This document shows positions 53,100 to 59,894 of a DNA stretch of 64,000 nucleotides, piece after piece. The DNA lies in assembly GCA_964419675.1 (NCBI GenBank), contig CAYQPN010000002.1, positions 67,073 to 131,072 of the forward strand, written 5' to 3'. This DNA comes from an uncultured Candidatus Saccharibacteria bacterium (GTDB lineage: Bacteria; Patescibacteriota; Saccharimonadia; Saccharimonadales; SZUA-47). The notes below the pieces were generated by a model. It saw only the letters and a program-made list of their open reading frames with translations. It made no database searches and was not told the DNA's origin. Made by a program: the position numbers and the translations under genes. Numbering within the stretch: the stretch's first letter is position 1; each line of letters begins with the position of its first letter.

Positions 53100-53137
53100 C
53101 TACACACATTATACGCTATAGCGTATAATGTGTGTAG
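53100..53137. promoter_or_regulatory. Perfect 38-bp palindrome (candidate operator/promoter or hairpin)
   Basis: CTACACACATTATACGCTA|TAGCGTATAATGTGTGTAG equals its reverse complement exactly. Each arm contains TATAAT with TACACA 17 nt upstream. It lies 171 nt upstream of the XRE-HAD start and 35 nt downstream of the small membrane gene. Confidence 0.85.
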
Positions 53138-53171
53138 GTATAACAGGTTAATGAATCCGCTTAATTACAAA

Positions 53172-53342
53172 TTAGCCGATTAACCAGAGCAAGCTCAGCG
53201 TTATCATCCCTGCTATCAAGCCGGCTATTAGGCCGGCTCCAGCACTTTTACCAAAATTACCACCTGTTCGGTGGTAAAATTGCTTTCCCGCCCATGTTCC
53301 GACCCCGATTCCTACAATTAACATAATCCAGACATTACCCAT
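53172..53342 (-). CDS. Small GlsB/YeaQ/YmgE-like (transglycosylase-associated) membrane protein, 56 aa
   Basis: Hand-translated: MGNVWIMLIVGIGVGTWAGKQFYHRTGGNFGKSAGAGLIAGLIAGMITLSLLWLIG. It starts 1 nt after the HIT gene stop and is below the ORF-track size cut-off. Confidence 0.55.
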   Translation of the reverse strand: MGNVWIMLIVGIGVGTWAGKQFYHRTGGNFGKSAGAGLIAGLIAGMITLSLLWLIG

Positions 53343-53343
53343 G

Positions 53344-53742
53344 TTATAAATTCCCTTTTATTTTTTCAGCTTCTTTTGCAAGTTCTTTGTGGTTTGGCTC
53401 GCCATCGTTTGGCGGGGAATGAAATTCAGCTCCCGAATCAACAGGAAAAACCTTCACATGCACATGAGGGACTTCTAGCCCTTCTATCTGAACAGCCATC
53501 TTTCGCTTACCTGGGTAGGCTCTGCGTTGCGCCTTGCCTATTTTCTGGACTGTTTTCATAAGTGCAATATATTCGTCTTCTGGTAAATCCTCATAATTTT
53601 CAACCTCTGTTTTTGGTACCACCAAAACCATTCCGGGCTGCACAGGATGAATATCCATGAAAGCAAAGGTTTTTTCATCTTCATAAACTTTGTGGCAGGG
53701 AATTTCCCCATTAATAATTCTGGTGAATATGCTCGGCTCCAT
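53344..53742 (-). CDS. HIT-family (histidine triad) nucleotide hydrolase
   Basis: IFTRIINGEIPCHKVYEDEKTFAFMDIHP and the triad HVHVKVFP. Confidence 0.9.
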   Translation of the reverse strand: MEPSIFTRIINGEIPCHKVYEDEKTFAFMDIHPVQPGMVLVVPKTEVENYEDLPEDEYIALMKTVQKIGKAQRRAYPGKRKMAVQIEGLEVPHVHVKVFPVDSGAEFHSPPNDGEPNHKELAKEAEKIKGNL

Positions 53743-53766
53743 AAACTTAATTGTATCAGCTACCTT

Positions 53767-54252
53767 CTAGGAATGAGTGCCCAATACTTCAACAATTTTT
53801 TGCTTGTGCTTATTAATAGCGTACATAAGCTGAGAGTGCAGTGGAGAAGGTAAGCTGTCTAGAGTAAACCAGCCTATCTCATCAATTACCCCTGGTTCAC
53901 CAATCTTGGCTTTGCTTCTATCAATTTGCATAATGTGGTCTATCGAAACCCAATGAGTTGGGGTGCCGTCATCTAACTTTCTGTGAACGTCTCGAAAACC
54001 AAGGGCTATAATGTTGTTCCCAGTCGTACAGAGTTCTTCTTCTAGTTCACGCAATAAGTTATCTTCTATTTTTTGGCCGTGTTTCAGCCCGCCACCCAAG
54101 ATATCCCATCTACCGTTTTCATCTCTGGCTTTGGGCCCGCGTTTCATCATTAAGAAGTTCCCTTTGCCATCATGGCAAAATGCAGCCGTGGTTACCCCAA
54201 CAAAACTTATGCCTTTGTGTGCTCTAAGTGTTTCTGAATCTAGCCTTTTCAT
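53767..54252 (-). CDS. NUDIX hydrolase
   Basis: Nudix box GGGLKHGQKIEDNLLRELEEELC. Confidence 0.85.
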   Translation of the reverse strand: MKRLDSETLRAHKGISFVGVTTAAFCHDGKGNFLMMKRGPKARDENGRWDILGGGLKHGQKIEDNLLRELEEELCTTGNNIIALGFRDVHRKLDDGTPTHWVSIDHIMQIDRSKAKIGEPGVIDEIGWFTLDSLPSPLHSQLMYAINKHKQKIVEVLGTHS

Positions 54253-54276
54253 TTATTTAATCATAGCAAAATTTAT

Positions 54277-54440
54277 TGGCGGAAGAGGTGGGGTTCGTCT
54301 TAACTTGCTCGCTCGAGAGCGTAAACGCATCTCGCTCAGCCAAGCATGGAAAACTCGAACATTCACAGAATGTTCTCGCCCTCTCGGGTTCGAACCTAGA
54401 TACTCGCCATCCTTCGTAGCCCTAGACAGGCGACGAAGGA
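54277..54440 (-). other. tRNA 3'-end echo module downstream of tRNA-Ser(CGA)
   Basis: The 21 nt at 54277-54297 (tggcggaagaggtggggttcg) are identical to the tRNA 3' end 54441-54461; the offset is 164. In tRNA orientation the order is as follows. First an 8-bp hairpin TCCTTCGT...ACGAAGGA directly after CCA. Then the box CTAGGTTCGAACCC (the tRNA has GTGGGTTCGAACCC). Then about 90 nt with hairpins (GAACATTC-TGT-GAATGTTC and others). Then the exact copy. Confidence 0.65.
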
Positions 54441-54531
54441 TGGCGGAAGAGGTGGGGTTCGAACCCACGTTAGGCTTTACCCTAAACACGATTTCGAATC
54501 GTGCGCCTTCAACCAGCTCAGCCACTCTTCC
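54441..54531 (-). tRNA. tRNA-Ser (anticodon CGA), CCA encoded
   Basis: Hand fold: acceptor GGAAGAG/CTCTTCC, D stem GCT/GGC, anticodon stem CACGA/TCGTG with loop TTCGAAA, variable arm TTAGG...CCTAA, T arm GTGGG-TTCGAAC-CCCAC, G-CCA. Confidence 0.93.
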
Positions 54532-54663
54532 ATATGCTAGTAATTATAGCCTAAAAATGATAAACTTACCTCTGTTGCAGTTTTGGGTTTCAATGTTGTT
54601 CTACCCAAAAAGTAATTCCGATTGCTTTTTGAGAAGGAAGAACTTTGTTAGAAGTTGAAGATT

Positions 54664-54692
54664 TTGCAGTCATTTGCAAAACGAAATATGAA
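54664..54692 (+). promoter_or_regulatory. Putative promoter of tRNA-Arg
   Basis: TTGCAG (54664-54669), 17 nt, TATGAA (54687-54692), 16 nt before the tRNA 5' end. Confidence 0.4.
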
Positions 54693-54707
54693 CAAAGGTT
54701 CTGACGC

Positions 54708-54784
54708 GCACCCGTAGCTCAGCTGGATAGAGCGTCTGTTTGCGGTACAGGAGGTCGTACGTTCGAATCGTATCGGGTGTACCA
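54708..54784 (+). tRNA. tRNA-Arg (anticodon GCG), CCA encoded
   Basis: Hand fold: acceptor GCACCCG/CGGGTGT (G1-U72), D arm GCTC-AGCTGGATA-GAGC, anticodon stem TCTGT/ACAGG with loop TTGCGGT, T arm GTACG-TTCGAAT-CGTAT, A-CCA. Confidence 0.9.
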
Positions 54785-54970
54785 CGAAAGTAGCCAGGTT
54801 TTATGCCTGGCTTTTTTCGTGATGCCACCGATTTGATACGTACGACCGAAAAGAGGTCGGAGGTGAGAAATGCCAATGGCATTTTGCAAGGAAACCTTCT
54901 CTTGAAAACTTGTTTTCTAAGAAGAAGTTTCAGGTCTGCAGAATGTGGGCGAGTCGTATCGGGTGTACCA
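54785..54970 (+). other. tRNA 3'-end echo module downstream of tRNA-Arg(GCG)
   Basis: The 17 nt at 54954-54970 (tcgtatcgggtgtacca) are identical to the tRNA 3' end 54768-54784; the offset is 186. The order runs: intrinsic terminator (54792-54817), then the box GTACGACCGAAA (54840-54851; the tRNA has GTACGTTCGAAT). About 100 nt with three hairpins follow, then the exact copy, then an A-rich stretch and a terminator-like hairpin. Confidence 0.65.
54792..54817 (+). terminator. Intrinsic terminator immediately 3' of tRNA-Arg
   Basis: AGCCAGG (54792-54798), 7-nt loop, CCTGGCT (54806-54812), then T6. Confidence 0.8.
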
Positions 54971-55020
54971 ATAAAAATGTCGAACTTTAGCTTCGGGCTT
55001 TTTTATTGGCTATATTATAC

Positions 55021-56319
55021 TTAGCCCTGAATTTTTGGAGGTTTTATGTCTGAAAACGTTTTTACTGGTTTCTTAACGGGTTTTGCTTCTGGCTTTTCTT
55101 CTTCTTTTGTATCTATACTCTGAACTGTTTCTTTGGCTTTCTCTACGCTTACGTCGGGCTTATTGTCTTCAGGTGCAGATTCTGCCGGAACAGCTTTATC
55201 ATTTTTCTTCTTAAGTTTATGCAATATTACTAATGTAGCAGAAAGCAGTAGTGCAACAACCGTATACCCAATGACCGGCTTAAACATTTGCTCAGCAACT
55301 TTAGGGCCAACATAATTTACGAAGTTAACAGCAATTTCCGGCCCAATTAATTTACTAGAGTCTGTCTCGCCAACTGATACAAATTTATCTACTGTAACAG
55401 AGGAACTACCGACGTTAATTAATATTGCTACGACACTTACCAGCATAGCGCCAATAATAAATACCTTTATTACGTGACCTATGCCTTTGCGTATGTTCTT
55501 GCCCAAGAACGCCACAAAAAAAGCCAGAGCAACTGCCAAAATCATTAACCAAGTAAATATCTGCCTAGCTTGCCCAAAATAATAAGGTACGTCGCTATTT
55601 TGCTCATCAAAACGCAAATCAGTCGGACTTTTTGTATCAGAATTAAATACTGTTTTATCCGTCACGACTGTATCTGGGAAAAACTCGTCTGAGTTTAGCT
55701 GTTTACGTAAATCAGCCTCTGATTGGTCAATAACAGCGGTTGGTGGTTTGCAGGCAATAGAAAATATATCAGTTTCTTGTTGAAGTTGAGCAGGGGAACA
55801 GTCCGCAAGTGTTGAAACCTTGTTGCGTGCATAAGAAACAATAGCATCTACAAAAGTAGCTTTTGTGACCGATAAATCTACGCTAAACTCAACTTTTTTA
55901 TCTTGACCATTAAGCCAATTATAAAATCCATCTATAACGCTCTCTGCCACTTTCTGAAGCGTCTGAGGAGTTAGTGATGCAGTAATCGCTGTTTTGACTG
56001 CCTCTGGGTCAATATTATTACCATCCTGATTTTGTTGATTACTGCCGTTGTTTTGATTGTTACTTAGATCTTTATTGGGATCGTTGTTTTGCTGATTGTT
56101 CGATGATGAATCCTTGTTTAACTGTTTGTTGATATCAAAGTTCTTAATGGCACTGTCTATCGCCACCTTGTATGTTTGGCTACCGCTTAGGTACGATTTA
56201 ACTACTTCTTTATCGGCAACCGAATGATTTAATGTCCAGAAAATCGAGCCTAAAAACAAAACTACTATTAATAAAAATGAAAGAAACCATAAACCGAATC
56301 TCCGTATAAATGTAATCAT
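55021..56319 (-). CDS. Hypothetical membrane protein with Asn/Gln-rich low-complexity ectodomain segment
   Basis: 432 aa with an N-terminal TM, an NNQQNNDPNKDLSNNQNNGSNQQNQDGNN tract, three C-terminal TM helices and a Lys/Glu/Pro-rich tail. Confidence 0.6.
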   Translation of the reverse strand: MITFIRRFGLWFLSFLLIVVLFLGSIFWTLNHSVADKEVVKSYLSGSQTYKVAIDSAIKNFDINKQLNKDSSSNNQQNNDPNKDLSNNQNNGSNQQNQDGNNIDPEAVKTAITASLTPQTLQKVAESVIDGFYNWLNGQDKKVEFSVDLSVTKATFVDAIVSYARNKVSTLADCSPAQLQQETDIFSIACKPPTAVIDQSEADLRKQLNSDEFFPDTVVTDKTVFNSDTKSPTDLRFDEQNSDVPYYFGQARQIFTWLMILAVALAFFVAFLGKNIRKGIGHVIKVFIIGAMLVSVVAILINVGSSSVTVDKFVSVGETDSSKLIGPEIAVNFVNYVGPKVAEQMFKPVIGYTVVALLLSATLVILHKLKKKNDKAVPAESAPEDNKPDVSVEKAKETVQSIDTKEEEKPEAKPVKKPVKTFSDIKPPKIQG

Positions 56320-56321
56320 AG

Positions 56322-56891
56322 TTAAAACCTAAACCTCCTTGATAACCTATCTATTGCATCTAGCTCACGTTGTTCGTGTGGCAAGAAATTAGCAAGCGTG
56401 TCCACAATTTTATCCTCTTCATCAGGCGGGAAGTACATGACTATTGGTGGCGTAAACCGTTTGAGTCTTACAAGCACGACGCTATCAATAGCACCATCTT
56501 CAACAACTGAAAAGGACCTAAACCCAGCGTAGGGGTAAAACTGTTGGTCAACCATAACACCGTCTGAATTGATGAGGTATCTTTTTGTAGCCGGTTGACG
56601 GCCTGCATATACAGAAATGGCTACGCAAGCCAAAAGCACCACAGCGCTGGCTAGATAATCCCGAGTAATGAAAAAAACAATAAGTACCAACAACCCAGCC
56701 CCTGCAAACAAAGCAAAATACCAATTAGATGACTTTTGGTGTTCTATAAATTCAGATGCAGACCATTCAACAGCCTGAAACTCAGGTAGTGGCACCCCTT
56801 GGGACTGTTGAAAAGTTTTTTCCGTTAAATCTTCCTGGTTTTCAGGTTGTTGATTTAACTCGCCCTCATCTTGCATACGCTTATTGTACAC
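56322..56891 (-). CDS. Hypothetical membrane protein (two TM helices plus a small C-terminal domain)
   Basis: 189 aa. The stretch WYFALFAGAGLLVLIVFFITRDYLASAVVLLACVAISVYAG forms a helical hairpin. It lies directly upstream of the 55021-56319 gene, separated by 2 nt. Confidence 0.6.
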   Translation of the reverse strand: MYNKRMQDEGELNQQPENQEDLTEKTFQQSQGVPLPEFQAVEWSASEFIEHQKSSNWYFALFAGAGLLVLIVFFITRDYLASAVVLLACVAISVYAGRQPATKRYLINSDGVMVDQQFYPYAGFRSFSVVEDGAIDSVVLVRLKRFTPPIVMYFPPDEEDKIVDTLANFLPHEQRELDAIDRLSRRFRF

Positions 56892-56930
56892 AGTAGTTTA
56901 TTTGCTGACTAGTACAAATATGGTTGCTCG

Positions 56931-56957
56931 AAAACAAAAAAGTCCCTAAACGGGACT
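56931..56957 (-). terminator. Intrinsic terminator after the Ser(GCU) echo module
   Basis: On the minus strand: AGTCCC-GTTTA-GGGACT followed by TTTTTTGTTTT. Confidence 0.7.
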
Positions 56958-56965
56958 ATTTTGTT

Positions 56966-57141
56966 TGGCGGAGAGAGAGGGATTCGCCTGACCAGCAAAA
57001 CAAATATTAGTTTTGCTAAGGTCACCCCAAATCCAGTTGGTTTGGGGCTAAAGGTTCGGGGAGTGCCACTGGCACTCCCGTTCGAATCCTCCTCTTCAAT
57101 AAATAATAAAGCCCAGACAAATATGTCTGAGCTGTATTATT
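56966..57141 (-). other. tRNA 3'-end echo module downstream of tRNA-Ser(GCU)
   Basis: The 21 nt at 56966-56986 (tggcggagagagagggattcg) are identical to the tRNA 3' end 57142-57162; the offset is 176. In tRNA orientation the order is as follows. First the terminator (57101-57132). Then the box GAGGATTCGAAC (the tRNA has GAGGGTTCGAAT). Then three strong hairpins: GGGAGTGCCA/TGGCACTCCC, CCCCAAA/TTTGGGG, and TGACC..AGCAAAAC/GTTTTGCT..GGTCA. Then the exact copy and a second terminator. Confidence 0.65.
57101..57132 (-). terminator. Intrinsic terminator immediately 3' of tRNA-Ser(GCU)
   Basis: On the minus strand: GCTCAGACA-TATT-TGTCTGGGC (one G-U pair) followed by TTTATTATTT. Confidence 0.75.
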
Positions 57142-57234
57142 TGGCGGAGAGAGAGGGATTCGAACCCTCGCGGGAGATTTCTCCCCCCTAATGATTTAGC
57201 AAACCATCCCCTTGAGCCACTTGGGTACCTCTCC
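57142..57234 (-). tRNA. tRNA-Ser (anticodon GCU), CCA encoded
   Basis: Hand fold: acceptor GGAGAGG/TCTCTCC, D stem CCC/GGG, anticodon stem ATGGT/ATCAT with loop TTGCTAA, 21-nt variable arm, T arm GAGGG-TTCGAAT-CCCTC, G-CCA. Confidence 0.92.
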
Positions 57235-57402
57235 TCGTCACAAGGTACGGCTGATCTCTCAAAATTAATTCTATGAGAATTTATTTATTAAAAATCGCCT
57301 TCTTGTTCCTCTCAATTCTACATAAGAATGTAGAATTGGGCTAAACACAGAAACCTTTTGCGACTTATATCGTATCGTATCTGTTATAAAAAGAGAAGTG
57401 CT

Positions 57403-58077
57403 TTATATGTTCTGAGCAAAAACTGCGGCGTACACTCGCTTTGCTCCGGCAGATTTCAAAATCTTACTAGCTGCCGACAGAGAAGCGCCAGTTGTCATAA
57501 CATCGTCGATTAGTAAAATCGTTTTACCTGCAACAAACTCTTTGTTACTTACCATAAACTCGCTTTTCATATGTTCTATTCTATCTGCCCGACTTGAGCC
57601 CACCTGACGCCTATTAGTCTTCCTGCTGAGAAGCCTCATAGCCTCCCAATCTCTTAATTTACCCAGCTCATTAACCAGTAACTGTGCATGGTCAAAGCCA
57701 CGCTCTCTGATTCTTGACGGTGCGGTAGGCACACAGCACAGCACAATATCATCTGACAAAGGAGGAATTACGTCGTTCATAATTGACACAATGGCGCTAG
57801 CAGCTTGGCGCTGATACTCAAACTTGTAGCTTTTTATAAGTCTTTCGTTGGCACCTTCGTAAATTCCACAAACATACACTGCATAAGGTGTTAGCCATGA
57901 TCTACAGCTGTCACAAGTTCTAAAATTATCCGTCAAAGTAGTACACCCGGCACATCTAGGAACTAGAGGTTCATGAAAATTGAACTGACACGTTTTACAC
58001 AACACCTCTCCCTCAAGCCCACAACCAATACAAACATGGGGTGCCACCAGACCAGCTAATTTATCAAAAACTAACAT
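57403..58077 (-). CDS. comFC: ComF-family phosphoribosyltransferase-domain protein
   Basis: N-terminal Cys clusters (CIGCGLEGEVLCKTC, CAGC...CDSC) and the PRT motif ILLIDDVMTTGASL. Confidence 0.85.
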   Translation of the reverse strand: MLVFDKLAGLVAPHVCIGCGLEGEVLCKTCQFNFHEPLVPRCAGCTTLTDNFRTCDSCRSWLTPYAVYVCGIYEGANERLIKSYKFEYQRQAASAIVSIMNDVIPPLSDDIVLCCVPTAPSRIRERGFDHAQLLVNELGKLRDWEAMRLLSRKTNRRQVGSSRADRIEHMKSEFMVSNKEFVAGKTILLIDDVMTTGASLSAASKILKSAGAKRVYAAVFAQNI

Positions 58078-58318
58078 TAATTATTAGTTTACTCCCTAGT
58101 TTTGTGCTTTGTCCTAAGTTTATGATTGATTATTTGTTTCGTCCGCCAGCCGGCGTATTGTGCACGGTGTTGTGTTTATTGTGTTGTAAATATAGCACCC
58201 CAGGCTTGCCTATAAGGTTATTACTCCGCTATACTGTCATTAACATAAAAACGCTCGAGGCGAGTAGCCCAAAACAAGGCTAGACGTTTTTACTACTGAT
58301 TAACGGAGGGTACATAAG

Positions 58319-58798
58319 ATGGCGCGGAAATCTCGCGACGAAGATTTACTGATGGAAGACGAGCTAACTGCTGCCTTTCTAGGTGAAGACGAAATGACAA
58401 ATAGCATGACGGCAGAAGAACCAATGGATGACGAGCCGATTACGAGTGATGAGTGGGAAGAAGACGAAGCTGTTCCAGGACAATTGGCCGTGGACGTCTT
58501 TGAGACAAAGGAAAAATTAGTTGTTAAAGCTCGAACTGCCGGAGTAAACAAGAATGACCTAGACGTTAGCATTGCTGACAATACTCTAAGTATTCGGGGC
58601 ACTCTTTCAGCTGGTTCTGAGGAAGGTGTTGAGAATTATTTTGTTCAGGAATGTTACTGGGGCGAATTCAGCCGAAGTATTGCACTACCCGTGCCAGTTA
58701 AAGAAGACGAGATTGAGGCTGTACTTAAAGATGGAGTGTTGACGATTAGCTTTAATAAGCTAAAGCAGGACACAGTGAAGAAGATTCAAATTCTTTAA
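58319..58798 (+). CDS. Hsp20/alpha-crystallin small heat-shock protein with acidic N-terminal extension
   Basis: GQLAVDVFETKEKLVVKARTAGVNKNDLDVSIADNTLSIRG...GEFSRSIALP...KDGVLTISF. SD GGAGGG. Confidence 0.92.
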   Translation: MARKSRDEDLLMEDELTAAFLGEDEMTNSMTAEEPMDDEPITSDEWEEDEAVPGQLAVDVFETKEKLVVKARTAGVNKNDLDVSIADNTLSIRGTLSAGSEEGVENYFVQECYWGEFSRSIALPVPVKEDEIEAVLKDGVLTISFNKLKQDTVKKIQIL

Positions 58799-58823
58799 TT
58801 TTAGTAAAACAAAGACGTTTTAA

Positions 58824-58851
58824 AGAGCGGCGAACAGTCCGCTCTTTTTTT
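58824..58851 (+). terminator. Intrinsic terminator of hsp20
   Basis: AGAGCGG (58824-58830), 8-nt loop, CCGCTCT (58839-58845), then T7. Confidence 0.8.
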
Positions 58852-58876
58852 ATTTTCTGTCATCAATACCACTATT

Positions 58877-58906
58877 AAAAGAGCGCCCTGATTAGGGCGC
58901 CTTTTT
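58877..58906. terminator. Bidirectional-looking hairpin terminator between hsp20 and the pilin-like operon
   Basis: AAAAGA-GCGCCC-TGATTA-GGGCGC-CTTTTT. Confidence 0.6.
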
Positions 58907-58926
58907 ATTCACATTAATAAAATGTA

Positions 58927-59325
58927 CTAAGCAGTTGCTTTATCAAGTACATATCGCACAATAACTTGTGCTAACGCAACGATTATTAAACCAACTACTG
59001 CGTAGAGTATCGTATTCTTTGCACCGGTTACGTTACCAGAATCGCCACCCGATGTAATATACTTCAAACCACCAATAATTATCATTATTACGGATATAAT
59101 ACCCACTGCAAGTGAAAATATGTTAATTACGTTTGTAATTAGCGAATTAACTTTAGTGTCGGCATCACCAGTTTCATCACAAGATGAATCTGTCGTGCTT
59201 AAACAGGTTCCTTTTTGCAATCCTTCGGTGATTGAAGCCGCTGATACCATTGAAGGTACTGCCATTGGCAACAATAGTCCTAATGAAGCTGCTAGGCTGA
59301 ACATAATTCTCTTTACTCGTGTCAT
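58927..59325 (-). CDS. VirB2/TrbC-like two-helix pilin-type protein (paralog 6, most promoter-distal)
   Basis: Signal peptide ...MAVPSMVSAAS, Cys pair (GTCLSTTDSSCDE), helix 1, loop GGLKYITSGGDSGNVTGAKNTILYAVVG, helix 2. Confidence 0.7.
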   Translation of the reverse strand: MTRVKRIMFSLAASLGLLLPMAVPSMVSAASITEGLQKGTCLSTTDSSCDETGDADTKVNSLITNVINIFSLAVGIISVIMIIIGGLKYITSGGDSGNVTGAKNTILYAVVGLIIVALAQVIVRYVLDKATA

Positions 59326-59400
59326 AGTTTGTTTACTTCCTTTTTTACTTATTTCTCTTAGATTAATTTATAGCACAATCACTATACTCTCACAACTTTT

Positions 59401-59874
59401 TTAGCAAGGACCGCCACCTGCATTGCGACAATCATTCTCGAATTGGGTAGCGTCTTGTCGTTGTGACTGGTTTAGCCCGTCATCTGCCTTATTTAGCACG
59501 AATCTGACCATTATTTGCGATAAAGCTACGATCATTAAACCTACCAGCGCGTACAGTACAGTATTTTTAGCAGAAGAAACATTTGAAGCATCACCTTGAG
59601 ACGTAATGAATTTTACACCCCCTACTATGATCACTATAACCGTGATGACACCAGCAACTATAGATAGCAGGCCCAGGGCGGTCGTCAAAATTCCATTTAA
59701 GCTACCGCTTGAGTCTCCACTATTACAGTTAGTGTTGCTATCGGTAACAGCCACACCCTCACAGGCAGCATTTTTGGCAGCATCAAATTGAGCAAAAGCG
59801 CCAGACCCTAATAGCGTTGTTGAAAGTCCCAGCGTTGATAGTGATATAGCGAGTGTTAATAATACTTTTTTCAT
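59401..59874 (-). CDS. VirB2/TrbC-like two-helix pilin-type protein (paralog 5)
   Basis: Signal peptide ...GSGAFAQ, Cys pair (AACEG...NCNSGD), loop GGVKFITSQGDASNVSSAKNTVLYALVG, and an extra C-terminal tail with a second Cys pair (NDCRNAGGGPC). Confidence 0.7.
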   Translation of the reverse strand: MKKVLLTLAISLSTLGLSTTLLGSGAFAQFDAAKNAACEGVAVTDSNTNCNSGDSSGSLNGILTTALGLLSIVAGVITVIVIIVGGVKFITSQGDASNVSSAKNTVLYALVGLMIVALSQIMVRFVLNKADDGLNQSQRQDATQFENDCRNAGGGPC

Positions 59875-59894
59875 CCAAATACCTCTTTTTCTGT

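Noticed and set aside
54011-55024. Track ORFs 54011-54658 (+), 54253-54525 (-), 54670-54882 (-) and 54803-55024 (+)
   Set aside because: All of them traverse tRNA-Ser(CGA), tRNA-Arg(GCG) or their structured trailers. The translations are low-complexity, and none has a plausible ribosome-binding site.
58300-58602. 100-aa minus-strand ORF
   Set aside because: It is antisense to the hsp20 gene and gives a Ser-rich low-complexity translation.
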